A stretch of DNA of 64,000 bases from Octopus sinensis (Eukaryota). Made by a program: the position numbers and the translations under genes. The DNA lies in contig NW_021833056.1 of NCBI RefSeq assembly GCF_006345805.1, forward strand, positions 1-64,000, read 5' to 3'. The notes beneath the pieces are model-generated. The model ran no database searches, was not told where the DNA came from, and saw nothing but the letters and a program-made list of their open reading frames with translations. The first letter of the stretch is position 1. Every line of letters starts with the position of its first letter. Shown here piece by piece: positions 1-14,384 of this stretch.

Positions 1-470
1 GAAAAGGAAGCCCCACCTTTCAACGTGACATGGAGCATTCTGGACAGGGCGGCACCATAAGGCATTGGAGCATACAAAAAATAATTTCAAGTGCAAGCTT
101 TGTCTATTAGAAAAATGTACATCTTATTCAAAGACCAATAATTCTTTGAATCAAAGAAGTGAGCTAATGAACTTATGTAGGCACGCGGCTAAATTTAAAA
201 TTTCGAATAAAATAACCATACGGATAGGAGTATATATTTTGTATTTTTGATTTTGATTTTGACTCTTGAACGATGACGCTACGATGGATTTTGTTTCCAA
301 GCTATGCGGATCTTAATCCGTATAGCAAAGTCTTATGTTTCTACATATATATTAGGAAAAACCTCCAATTGTTTTCATGTTATTGTATTGTATAGGATTA
401 CCTTGATTATTTATATTACCTTGATTATTTATAAATGACCCAAAATAGATGTTATATTTTATTTTATATG
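1..470 (+). mobile_element. Penelope-like element (PLE), decayed 3' end and tail
   Basis: Translation gives NVTWSILDRA..., then CKLCLLEK...LNQRSELMNLCRH, the C-terminus typical of PLE RT/GIY-YIG ORFs, followed by an AT-rich tail. Confidence 0.65.
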
Positions 471-1293
471 TCTTTCGTATATATTTTTATTAATGCACCC
501 ATTTTTTTTAAAAAAAGCAATGTTTTTTTTTAAAAAAAGCAATGTTGTCAAAATTAGAATGTTGATATAAGTATGTGTATAGCAAAGCATATGTATTTGT
601 AAGCATGCGTATCTGTGATGTGTAAGTGAAAGTATGTTTGTGCTTAAGCACACATATACACGACTGTATGTATATGTATCCCATTCAAACTTGTGTATAT
701 ACTTGTCTCCAATATATCCAAATAATGCCGTTACACTGCTTGTAAGACCTATTTTTTCTTATTTCGTTTTTTTCCCCACACCTCCTTCGTTCCTTTTCTC
801 TCTCTCCCTTTCTTTCGTTCCCCCCCTTACTCAGTATATGAGAATCGCTACATAGATCATTTTAACTTGCGTGCGAGATGGTTTGCGTGAATATATGTAC
901 AGCTCTTTTATGTGTATATTTATATTTATATTCATCGTCTGTATATTGTATGGCGTTTGCGCGCATAATTTTGTGTATGTTGATATATATATGTAGATTT
1001 TAATATAAATATGTATTGCAGTGTAATATTTATAACAGGTTTAATTTCTATGCATTAATTTGCACTTTCTTCATTAACGTCAATATGTATTTTTTCAATG
1101 TAAGGTTTTTTCCTCGGATTTTATAATTTTTATAAGTTTTTTATATATATATACATATATTTTGACCTTTGTTTATCGCTCGAAGATTGACCGTTTTTTT
1201 CTAAAGGGCCAATCAAACAAGTCCATTTCTTTTTAAAGGTGTAGCGTTTGTAAGAGTTTAGATTGAATTGATATATCGGTTTCCATTCTAGCA

Positions 1294-1340
1294 AAAACTG
1301 TCTGATGAACGGCAACGAGAAACTCAGAGTAACAGATTTT
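1294..1340 (+). ncRNA. Minimal type I hammerhead ribozyme in a PLE pLTR-like tail
   Basis: CTGT-CTGATGA-ACG GCAA CGA-GAAA-CTCAGAG-TA-ACAG. Stem I CTGT/ACAG, core CTGATGA at 1302-1308, GAAA at 1319-1322, GUA cleavage triplet ending 1331. The closing pair of stem II is an A.A mismatch. Confidence 0.7.
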
Positions 1341-1370
1341 GTTGAATTTTCTGCTGCTAAATAAATAAAT

Positions 1371-3868
<2,498 letters not shown>

Positions 3869-3900
3869 ATATATATATATATAATATATATATATATTTT

Positions 3901-4919
3901 TGTGAGTTCAACTTAAGGACAGTGCCGGTGACCTACATTTCGCAATGAATCCATTGTTCTGCCGGATGCGGGTTGATTAATTAGCACTGGGGAGACTCCC
4001 CGACCCCTTCGGGTGAATTAGGGTTCATTTGGAGGGCTGCCCCCTTAAGTAAGCAGTTCAGTGTGTGAGAGACAGTGAAGAAGAGGAAGAAGAAAGTGGT
4101 GAGGAAGATAGAATTAAGGAATCTGAGCGGCGATAGAGAGAGTATTAGAGCTAAGAGAGAGATTGAGGGTAGTGACAGAGCAGGAGGTTTTGGGAAGTCG
4201 GTATTTGGTCGTCAAGGCGAGCGGTTGGATTTTGGAGCGAGGATTTGGAATTCAGGGCAAGCTGTTAGCAAGTTGGAGTTAGCAGTACTGAGAGAGATGA
4301 GGTGCAATATGAGATACTGGCTATTCTAGGAACTAAGGTACGTGAATTGTGTATTGATATGTGAAGAAAAAGAAGGAAGAAGAATCGATGTAAAGATACT
4401 GTTGAAAAGAAATGAGACAGTGAAAAGAGCAATGTGAACTGTGTAAAGACATTGTGTACAGAGTTGTTGGAAAGAGAACTGTGTAATGAACATTGAACTG
4501 TATAGGCCTTTAATGTCCTTTGAACTGTAACTTTAATGTGATTTGAAGCACAACTGTTGTCTCCGGACGTGTACTCTTGAAATGCTGTTGTTATTGCATT
4601 TGTGTGTTGTTACCCGGACAGTTTAAATGCTGTGATGTGTTGATTCTGTTACTTGCTTGTATTTACCTGTTGTATACCTGTTTCTTGCATGTATTTTCTT
4701 GATATGTCTGATGTATTTAACATTGTATTTGATGTTGTAATGATTGTCATAAACTAGCGTTAATGTGAGCCAATTGCCTCTCTGTGTCTCTTCTGCCTGC
4801 TGCTGTTTGTTGTCTCTCTCTCCTCTCCGAGTTTCCGTGGCGAACATTCGCTGCATCGAACGGGCCTGTGTGAGGGATTCCGTAACAGCTTTCGTTCGAC
4901 GAGGGGTCCCCTCGTAACA
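3901..4919 (+). mobile_element. Solo-LTR-like element (Gypsy-type), about 1.0 kb
   Basis: TGT...GTAACA termini, non-coding, sitting in (TA)n; recurs at 16700-17672 and 59430-60393 with the 5' end lost. No clear TSD. Confidence 0.55.
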
Positions 4920-4925
4920 ATATAT

Positions 4926-5037
<112 letters not shown>

Positions 5038-5204
5038 ATATATATATTATATATATATATATGTGTGTGTGTGGGTGTGTATATGTATGTATATATTTGT
5101 ACCGCAAACACTACTTTTTCCGTCGAGGGCATATTTATATGGATTATTTATAATTGACAAACACGGTGAGCTTTCATAAACATTAAACTAGAAATATTGT
5201 AATA

Positions 5205-5277
<73 letters not shown>

Positions 5278-5289
5278 ACATACACATAA

Positions 5290-5555
5290 TGTGCTCCATC
5301 TTTGCAGATGGTTGCCGTTTTCTTTTGCTTCCTGTTTGTCAAAGGCATTTCTGTGTTTCCATTCATGACCTCTCAGTTGAAATTTAGTCTCTCTAAAGAT
5401 CTGCCTTCTTTGAAGCGTGGGTGAGAGACGAAAGTTGTTGTAGCCTACCGTGCGCGTCCATTCTTCCACCACCGTAGGAACTTCAGCAGATGAAATGCCG
5501 AATGTGGTCATCTTAAAGATATAATTGTGCATCATTTGGTTATAGTGAGAGGCAC
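5290..5555 (-). CDS. Candidate exon D of an unidentified gene (ASHYNQMMHNYIFKMTTFGISSAEVPTVVEEWTRT...)
   Basis: Acceptor TTCTACAG| at 5555 with only one open frame (phase 1). Possible donor ACG|GTAGGC at 5449, but the frame stays open about 50 more codons in units 1, 2 and 4; the 3' boundary is unresolved. Confidence 0.45.
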
Positions 5556-5737
5556 CTGTAGAATACCAGTACAACTCTGAGTCTCTGTGACTAGAACCTA
5601 GTGGCAGACCGAACAGAGAGGAGTTTTAATCAGGTCAAACAGCAGGTTTTCCATCAGTAGGCACCTCTGATGCAACCAAGGGATCTAGATATATGGTCAT
5701 ACATACATACATATAGTTATACATGTATATATATATA

Positions 5738-5769
<32 letters not shown>

Positions 5770-6099
5770 GGTGTGTGTGTGTGTGCGTGTGTGCATATAA
5801 TATATATATATATATATATGTGTATGCATGTATGTATGTCTGTATGTATGTATGCATGAAAAGAAGCATATGAGGCGTTGTGTCAAAAGAGATGTGGTGA
5901 GAGGTGAAATCGATTGAGAAAAGCAATTAAAAATGTATACGACTCATAAAAATGATTCATAAGTTGGTTGACAGAAGTTAGATCCTGGCTGACTAATTTA
6001 ACTTGAATGCATGACTTACATTTCTTAATTTTCATTAAAAGTATTATTATTATTATTATTATTAACATTATAATTATCATTATTATTATTATTATTATT

Positions 6100-7463
6100 T
6101 TTTTTTTTTCTTTCAAATTTGCTTCCATTTCTTGCCGGGTGTCTTCCCGACTCCTAGGGCAAAGAAACTCATAGTATACATTGGTAGGCCATTAAACCAA
6201 ACCCAGTAGTTCTTTTGCACTTCTTGCAGGGATGGTACGCCAGGGATCATTCTCATATAATTTTTGGTTCCCTTCTTGATCATTCCTAGTGCTCCTACGA
6301 TCACTGGTATTGTAACCGCCTTGAGACGCCACATTTACTCAATTTCAATGAGTAGGTCTTTATATTTTCTGAGCTTGTCAAACTCTTTCGCTGAGATATT
6401 ATGATCACAGGGGATGCTCATGTCGATAAATAAGCAAACTTTATTGTTTTGGTCTTTCACAACAAAATCTGGTTTATTGGCCTTGATGGTTCGGTCTGTA
6501 TGTACTGGAAAGTCCCACAGAATGGTTACATCTTCTCCTTCAGTTACAGCCTCAGGGTGGTGATTATACCACTTGTCGGCAGTTTTGATATTGTAATGCC
6601 GACTAATTAGCCAGTGGAGATATTGGCCAACTCTGTCATGTCTTAATTTATACTCCACTTGAGCTAAGACTTTACATCCAGAGATTAGGTGGTCCACTGT
6701 TTCAATCATGTCGTTGCAGAATCGGCATTTTGGGTCTGCTCCATTTTTCTTCACATTGGCCTTGTAGTTCCGGGTTAATAGGCTTTGATCTTGAGCAGCC
6801 AGGATGAAACCTTCGCTCTCTGCTTTTAGCCCTGAGCTCCGTAGCCACTGATGGGTTTGCTTCTGGTCAACTTGCTGCGGGTCACATATTTGCCGTGCAG
6901 AGGTTTCTCCTCCCACCTATCAGCCAATTGCTCGTGCGCTTTTTTCATTGCCATCATTTTCACCTTTGCAACAATATATTTCTTTACTACCCACAAGGGG
7001 CTAAACACAGAGGAGACAAAAAAGGAAAGACAAACGGATTAATTCGATTACATCGACCCCAGTGCGTAACTGGTACTTAATTTATCGACCCCGGAAGGAT
7101 GAAAGGCAAATCGACCTCGGCGGAATTTGAACTGGGGACGTAACGGTAGACGAAATACGGCAACGCATTTCGCCCGGCGTGCTAACGTTTCTGCCAGCTC
7201 ACCTTTGCAACAATAGTTGCCGTACTTCCCTCGGGTTGTTCAGTTTGGGTATCCTGCACGAGATCAGTAGCAATTTTTTTGCTTTCCTTTATTATAGAAT
7301 GAAGCTTCTTTCGTCTCTCGTGATTTTCCACAAGCTTTAGCATTCAGTCATTCGATATTTCGAGATATTTGGCCAGTCCAATTGTGGTTGTTTTGTAAGC
7401 TAGTTCAAATTGGATCAGGCCTCGACCTCCTTGGGCTCTGGGAAGGTAAAGGCGATCTACGTC

Positions 7464-7465
<2 letters not shown>
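6100..7465 (-). mobile_element. R4/Dong-like RLE non-LTR retrotransposon, 5'-truncated (copy A)
   Basis: CRFC..ETVDHLISGC zinc knuckle, RHDRV, KPDFVV...IDMSIP..K..KY restriction-like endonuclease motifs; flanked on both sides by (ATT)n. Confidence 0.9.
6977..7202 (-). mobile_element. tRNA-derived octopus-type SINE inserted into Dong copy A
   Basis: On the minus strand, A-box-like TGGCAGAAACG and B-box-like AGTTCAAATTCC; CTTTGCAACAATA is duplicated on both sides (TSD). Confidence 0.85.
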
Positions 7466-8082
<617 letters not shown>

Positions 8083-8271
8083 TTAACCGCTGGAAGCGGA
8101 GAATTTTTTGTAGAATTTTTTTGCTACACTTATATTTATTAATATATATATATACGCCCACATATACATATGTATGTATAATATACTTATACGTATATAT
8201 AATATAAAGCTGAGGTTGATGATGGTGATGATGATGATTGTTTACCACCACATTGCAGTACGGCGTCGATG

Positions 8272-8436
8272 TCATTGCATTAAAATTCTGATACATTGTA
8301 GTAGTCGGGACACACAAGACAGTGGCTGGTTGTTTAAGTATGTTCTAAATGTTAAGTCAAGTGAAGTAAACAACAAAGCTTTGGTCCTAAAATAGTCAAC
8401 AATACTCTTCTCAAAACATTTCACAAAACTTTCTCT
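8272..8436 (-). CDS. Candidate exon C (RESFVKCFEKSIVDYFRTKALLFTSLDLTFRTYLNNQPLSCVSRLLQ...), possibly terminal
   Basis: Acceptor TTTCTTACAG|, phase 0, only open frame; paralogs at 27557-27700 and 45196-45339. Confidence 0.5.
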   Translation of the reverse strand, partial: RESFVKCFEKSIVDYFRTKALLFTSLDLTFRTYLNNQPLSCVSRLLQCIRILMQ

Positions 8437-8583
8437 CTGTAAGAAATTAGAATTGTTTACCTTTTTGTATAGTGGTGACACAATAAATCACACACGCGTA
8501 CACATTCATAATACTTACATACATGCATACATACATACACACATACATACATACATACATACATACATACATACATACATACA

Positions 8584-8617
<34 letters not shown>

Positions 8618-8676
8618 CATCAAGCTCACCTGCATACATACGTCCATCCATCCACATATAAATGCAACAAGCTTAC

Positions 8677-8787
8677 ATGTCTACATAGATACCAGTGGTT
8701 GAGGCAGGGGTGTTGCCCTAGTTTCTGGTCTGCTACAACATAGAATACATGAAAATGTGTCCATTTGTTACAAATTGCGATTCCCGA
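8677..8787 (-). CDS. Candidate exon B2, 111 nt (SGIAICNKWTHFHVFYVVADQKLGQHPCLNHWYLCRH)
   Basis: Strong donor CAT|GTAAGC, weaker acceptor ATGTTAG|; phase 0 to 0, matching both neighbouring exons. Confidence 0.5.
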
Positions 8788-9232
8788 CTAACATAGTAAT
8801 TTTTTGGAAACAAAAAAGATCTTGGGTCCCCACTGCATACACACAGACGCATTCAAACAATCTTAAGCAAACACATATATGCATATTTATATATCGTTTT
8901 AGAAGCTTCGAAGAAACTATAAGCTTATTCCCAAGCACCCATCTCTGCATGCACTGTAACTACTAGAAACTGCAGTGAGCTTATTAAAATGAAATACGTA
9001 ATTCATGTCCTCTAAAAACACACACATACACCCAAACAGAAAGGCATACAATGACACATAAACAAACACACACATGTGATGGTTGCAACTTCATTCCGAA
9101 ATATGCCACATTTGTTTACTCAACGAAGCAGGGACGTGTATCTTTTAGTCCTGTTAGGGATCTAAACACTTTTGCGCAATCAAAGACATACTAACGAAGG
9201 AGACTTCCTGCTGCAGTTTTTGAGAGACTTAC

Positions 9233-9341
9233 CATCTTCCCTGACTCATACCTTTGTTCTCTCATGAAATTTTCAACTTTGTGTTTTGCCGATCGCAGGC
9301 TATGTGCCTTGTCGTTCGAAGGCTGTGCGTTTTGGCTGCGT
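9233..9341 (-). CDS. Candidate exon B, 109 nt (RSQNAQPSNDKAHSLRSAKHKVENFMREQRYESGKM)
   Basis: Long polypyrimidine acceptor TTCTCTCCTTCTATTTTTCCTCAG| and donor ATG|GTAAGT; phase 2 to 0; intact in all three copies. Confidence 0.6.
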
Positions 9342-9783
9342 CTGAGGAAAAATAGAAGGAGAGAACCTTGCACATGGCAATTCCGACTCCCTCCCCAAAC
9401 AGCCATACATTCCTATTCCTGCCAAACAAACAACTATTCCATCATAAGTATTACATAAGAGAGATGTCACACACAAGCAGTTATATCGCACCCCAGCCAT
9501 TGGAGGGCTGTTGATTCTACTGTGATCACCCGGCCTTTGAAATAGTTTGCTTTTCGACCTGCAGGAGTTAACGAGGGGTGTCCACCTTACCAAGTGCATA
9601 CATAATAACACACCCACACACCACACACACACACCACACAACACACACACACACACACACATACATATACATATATACATCCATGCATGCATACATATCT
9701 TATATAAAATTTCTGAGAGACATATAAACAGTAGCAGTACGGAATTGTAAACTATATTTGCCAACTGAATGTGGCGTGCTATA

Positions 9784-10271
9784 CAGGACAGTGCTACTGT
9801 TCTTTATAGCCCCAGGAAGACATCTCCTCCAGCTGAATAACGACACACATTCTGTGCCCGATTAGAATATGCGAAGGAGGCCATCACTCCCATCTGAAGC
9901 CAAATCACTATATACTTTTCTAGCAACTCACTGTCGCTGATCTCGTAAAAGAGAGAGATATGTTATATTAAATCTGTATATGTTATGTTAAATTTAAAAT
10001 AACATATCTCTCTCTTTTACGAGATTAGCGACTGTGAGTCGCTAGAAAGGTATATAATAATTTGCGAGTGGAATGAACTTTCATCACTTGCTAGTGATTA
10101 ACACATGCTCGGTGGGAGGGGAGGTAATCACCCAGAAACTTGCATCCGTGTGTATGACGTAAGGTTAGACATGGGAGCGATGAACCCCCTTGCAAATACT
10201 AATCGGACACAGACTGTGTGTCATTAGCCAACTGGAGGAGATGTCTTCCTGGTGCTATAAGCACTGTCCTG
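9784..10271. mobile_element. Tc1/mariner-like MITE with a nested inner hairpin element
   Basis: TA|CAGGACAGTGC...GCACTGTCCTG|TA with about 100-bp imperfect TIRs; inner inverted repeat at 9909-10056; copies at 29128-29615 and 46693-47177. Confidence 0.75.
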
Positions 10272-10489
10272 TATATATGTGTATATATATGTATACAAAC
10301 ACGCACAAACACATATACATATGTAATTTATATATGTAGCGGAATAGCTGCATAGAAAGAGCCACATAAGTTAGGGACGGGCTTGGAAAGATTGGCAAAA
10401 GGGAACCACAAAAAGCAACACCAAGTTGCAAGAAAATAAACAACGCAACATTTATATCAAAGAAAGGAAGATGAGCAGAGTAAGAAGTT

Positions 10490-11200
10490 TATCATTGTTT
10501 TAAGACATCAAAAGTGTTGCATATTCTGAATGGCAAAATTGTTTGGGAGAGAAATGAAAGACATTATTGATGAAGATTCTGTACGGAATAATAATCATAC
10601 TCTTGTTATTCATGAAATGTAAAGAAAGAAAAGCAGACGTGTTATAATGAGAATTTGTTGGATGTAATGAATAGAAGGGGGATAAAGAGTGTATCGGAAG
10701 TAAACCCAGTTGAGGGGGCCATCCATCCAAATTTACAGCCGTACAGTGGAGAATGCGATTAAAGATATAAAGGTAGGGAAGGTATCTGATACGAAATACT
10801 CATGAGAGTGGGATGCGGGTTAGTCAGCCCCTAAGTAATTCAACTTGAATAGGAGATTCTTATACCCAGTGACTGATGTGGTAATACCATTTTCAACTGC
10901 TATAAAAGGCAAAGGTAATGTATTAAAGGAAGAATGTTTGAGGTGTTAAACTGTTGGGGCAAGTTATGAAGGTTACAAAAAGAATTACATCTCATTTGCT
11001 TAGAAAAAGAAAATTAATGTAGACGTGATTATTGTTTTTATGGTGAGAATAAATACAACTGATGCCGTCTTCTCAGTGAGACAAGAGCAGAAATATTCTG
11101 CCCAATTCCTTGTTTATTTAGAGAAGATACATGTTGTTTCTCAGCTCTGTGATCCGTCTGGTTCAAGAATAAGTGTCACAAGAACTAGAGAGTGACAGGA
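10490..11200 (+). mobile_element. Ancient RTE-type LINE RT relic
   Basis: Broken frames read TVENAIKDIKVGK, CYKGKG, GVKLLGQVMKVT and TTDAVFSVRQ; copies at about 29830 and 47390. Confidence 0.65.
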
Positions 11201-11349
11201 ATACTAGCCTCACTCGAACCCGTGTATACATTACATCACAGCTAGAATGCTATGTATTTGAAATCCTACAAAAAGAGATACATCATTCCTCCTTTTCTCC
11301 CCAATATTCTAAGTCTCTGTCATAACACTACGCTCTGGGTCACACTCAC

Positions 11350-11555
11350 CCAGGAGACATGTGTATGTGTGCCTGAGGGTACATATGTATATCTTTGTGT
11401 GATCTACTGAATTCAAAGTTTCTCATACAATAGCCAGTTTCAATAATTGGATGGGTGTGGGACATATTTGTAAGTATTGAAATTAGCCTTTCAAATTTCA
11501 GATGCACTTGACTTAACACGGTTATATGAAAAGTCTTTTTAAGAGAGGAACGTTT
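11350..11555 (-). CDS. Candidate exon A, 206 nt (KRSSLKKTFHITVLSQVHLKFERLISILTNMSHTHPIIETGYCMRNFEFSRSHKDIHMYPQAHIHMSPG)
   Basis: Acceptor TTTTCTTTTATTTAAATTTCCAAG| and donor TGG|GTGAGT; the only open frame is phase 0 to 2, which fits the phase-2 start of exon B. Confidence 0.55.
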
Positions 11556-11783
11556 CTTGGAAATTTAAATAAAAGAAAACTGGTTGTATACATACATACA
11601 TACACATAGTCATATATGTATACATATGTACGTGTGTATATATATATGTGTGTGTGTGTGTTTGTGTATGTGCGTGTGTTGTATGTATGCATATACAATA
11701 ATGCATTGCATACGTATATTTATTTATATATTATATATATATGCATACATACATATATAATACACACAAACACACACACACAC

Positions 11784-11862
<79 letters not shown>

Positions 11863-12097
11863 CTATATGTAGTATGTATGTATGTATGTATGTATGTATG
11901 ATGTAAGTTTACGTATAATATAACAAATAGCAAAACAGTAAAAAAAAAAGGGTTTCGGGTCATATTATTACATGAGAGGCCAACATGGGGTGGGTTTCAG
12001 TGCCTTCGAAACAAAACTGGATATCCTCCTGTCAAAATACCAGGTCCTTGCCACTGAAGTACAGATGCTTGGGAGAGGGCAGATATAGATAGGTAGC

Positions 12098-12252
12098 TCG
12101 ACCCCAGTACGCAACTGGTGCTTAATTTATCGACCCTGAAAGGATGAAAGGCAAAGTCAACCTCGGCGAAATTTGAACTCAGAACGCAAAGACAGACGAA
12201 ATAACGCTAAGCATTTAGCCCGGCGTGTTAACGTTTCTGCCAGCTCACAGCC
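12098..12252 (-). mobile_element. tRNA-derived SINE, 3'-truncated (copies at 31409-31565 and 48994-49331)
   Basis: Same core as 6977-7202 (ATCGACCCTGAAAGGATGAAAGGCAAAGTC...). Confidence 0.85.
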
Positions 12253-12254
12253 TT

Positions 12255-12445
12255 TGGAGCTTCAATAAATTAAATGACAAATGTGTTCATCTTAATGAGA
12301 TATCTGTGTGTCATTGGAATGTAGTGATAGACAGTTGTACAACACGAGTACTACTCTGAGTCTCTGTGACTAGAACCTAGTGGCAGACCGAATCTAGATG
12401 AACAATGATTATGTGAAATAGCAGGTTTTGCATCAGGACGCACTT
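12255..12445 (-). pseudogene. Diverged relic of exon D and its upstream intron
   Basis: Shares CTCTGAGTCTCTGTGACTAGAACCTAGTGGCAGACCGAA with 5575-5613 and aligns loosely to the start of exon D; the acceptor AG is lost and a SINE cuts it. Confidence 0.55.
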
Positions 12446-12575
12446 CTCCTAAAAAGTACTGTGACAACAGCGAGCGTTGCGTCCTTGGGCAAGACACTTT
12501 ATTTCACGTTGCTTCAGTCCACTGAAATGGCAAACATACATACATACATACATACACACATACATACATGTATAC

Positions 12576-12710
<135 letters not shown>

Positions 12711-12765
12711 TATTATATATATATATGTATGATGAATGCATATATGTATATATATAAATATTATA

Positions 12766-12807
<42 letters not shown>

Positions 12808-12814
<7 letters not shown>

Positions 12815-12925
12815 ATCACGTGACCGACAAGGCTACGAGATGTTGCTACACGTCGTGGTCACAATTCACTTCGCTTTGTTTTAGCCTCCAAATGACGCCA
12901 CCCCGCTGGCTAAGCGAGCAGGCTT
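12808..12925. repeat. Short interspersed repeat starting with the 16-bp palindrome TCACGTGATCACGTGA
   Basis: Seen at 12808, at about 32000 and inverted at about 50125-50245, always between TA tracts. Confidence 0.6.
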
Positions 12926-13719
12926 ATATATACTACATATATGTATCTGAATATAATACATGCATACATACTAAGAGCCAACGTTACGACAGAAAACGTC
13001 GCCACTCATAAGAGGAAGAATTAGTTGTGGAATGTCCCAGTGATATAGTTGTGGTAATCAGATGACCATCGGGTGTTAACATAAACCTTAAGATCAACGA
13101 AAAACAAAATACCTACACTGTACATTTAAGAAACCTAGTCATGCATGCGTATATAATACATACATATATAATACACACACGTACATACATATATATGATC
13201 TAAGTTTACGTACAATATATCAAAGAACGAGACAGACATAGAACAGGTATCGGCTCAAATTACTACAAAGGACTACAAAGTACCACAAAGGACTGAAAGA
13301 CCAATTTGGGTGGCGTTTAGGTGGATTTGAAACAAAACTAGATCTCTTATCCATGTACAAGGATGTAGCGATTGTTACAGAGGTTAGCGAAAGGACAGGG
13401 ATAGACAGATAGTTAGTTAGTTAGTTAAGTTAGTTAGTTAGTTTAGCTAGTCAGTTAGATAGATAGATAGACATATACACACACACACACATACAAAAAG
13501 ACGCGAGCCTGCGCGCAAGCATAAGTATATATTGACGAATACAACAGCCTTCTTGTGATATTGCCAGGGTAACATAAATATACGTATCTATCTATCTCTC
13601 CCTCTCTCTCTCTCAAATTATATATGTATATATATATATAATGTATGTATATATGTATGACTCTATGTATGTATGTATACATATATGTATATATATATAT
13701 ATATATAATGTATGTATAT

Positions 13720-13788
<69 letters not shown>

Positions 13789-14017
13789 ATATATATAACG
13801 TTTAAATATTTGTTGTGCAAGAATTTTTATGTTAAGTCGTGTGTTGAAACAGATATTGTTATATTTCGGAATGGTCATATTGCCAGTTTAGCCAATAAAA
13901 ACACACGCACTATATATTTGCAGTTATTCTGTTCATGTGTTTACATCCACATATTATTATCATTACGTTTGCTTGTATGTATGTATGTATAACAACAATA
14001 CTAGTAATAATAATTAG

Positions 14018-14306
14018 AAATCGAATCAAAATGCGGGGTCATTCCGAAACGTTCTACCTGCGACGATTTCATCTCAATCGAAGGAGAGGAGCTTTCTCCG
14101 TCCGGGTTGCGGATCCGTGGAACAAGCTGCCAGACGAGATGGTGAAGATGCCGACGACCGCTTTGTTCAAAGCCTCCCTGGACCTCAAGTGGCCTGAACT
14201 CTTTACATGAACACCACCCTGTACTGAACTCCATGTCCCCCTACATGGCCTTGCTATTTGCTTTTGAGCCAAATTAACTAACTAACTAACTAACTGACTA
14301 ACTAAC
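14018..14306 (+). mobile_element. CR1-type LINE 3' fragment with (CTAA)n tail
   Basis: RGHSETF...RRGAFSVRVADPWNKLP...FKASLD C-terminus; absent at the paralogous sites near 35030 and 56000. Confidence 0.85.
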
Positions 14307-14309
14307 ATA

Positions 14310-14384
<75 letters not shown>

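Noticed and set aside
301-326. 10-bp hairpin in the PLE tail as hammerhead stem II
   Set aside because: There is no CUGANGA upstream and no GAAA downstream; at most a dead relic.
5308-5420. Plus-strand exon MVAVFFCFLF... with CAG| and |GTGAGA sites
   Set aside because: The ATG is lost in unit 2, the frame is short and hydrophobic-biased, and it is antisense to the longer conserved exon D frame.
6977-7202. Pol III A/B boxes as a tRNA gene
   Set aside because: There is no cloverleaf; it is a multi-copy SINE head with a TSD.
9445-9558. Extra minus-strand exon between A and B ([13 protein letters not shown]...)
   Set aside because: The donor is weak, unit 1 is frameshifted relative to the others, and exons A and B already join in phase without it.
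12808-12823. Double E-box TCACGTGATCACGTGA as a regulatory site
   Set aside because: It is the end of an interspersed repeat; nothing in the sequence supports a regulatory role.
13261-13300. Short 10-nt tandem repeats (TACTACAAAG-like) or any CRISPR-like array
   Set aside because: The units are adjacent with no unique spacers; the context is eukaryotic and there are no cas genes.
13855-13922. TATTG-GCTAAACT-GG..CC-GAAA-TATA-ACAATA in the PLE inverted repeat as a ribozyme
   Set aside because: The core differs from CUGANGA at several invariant positions in every copy.
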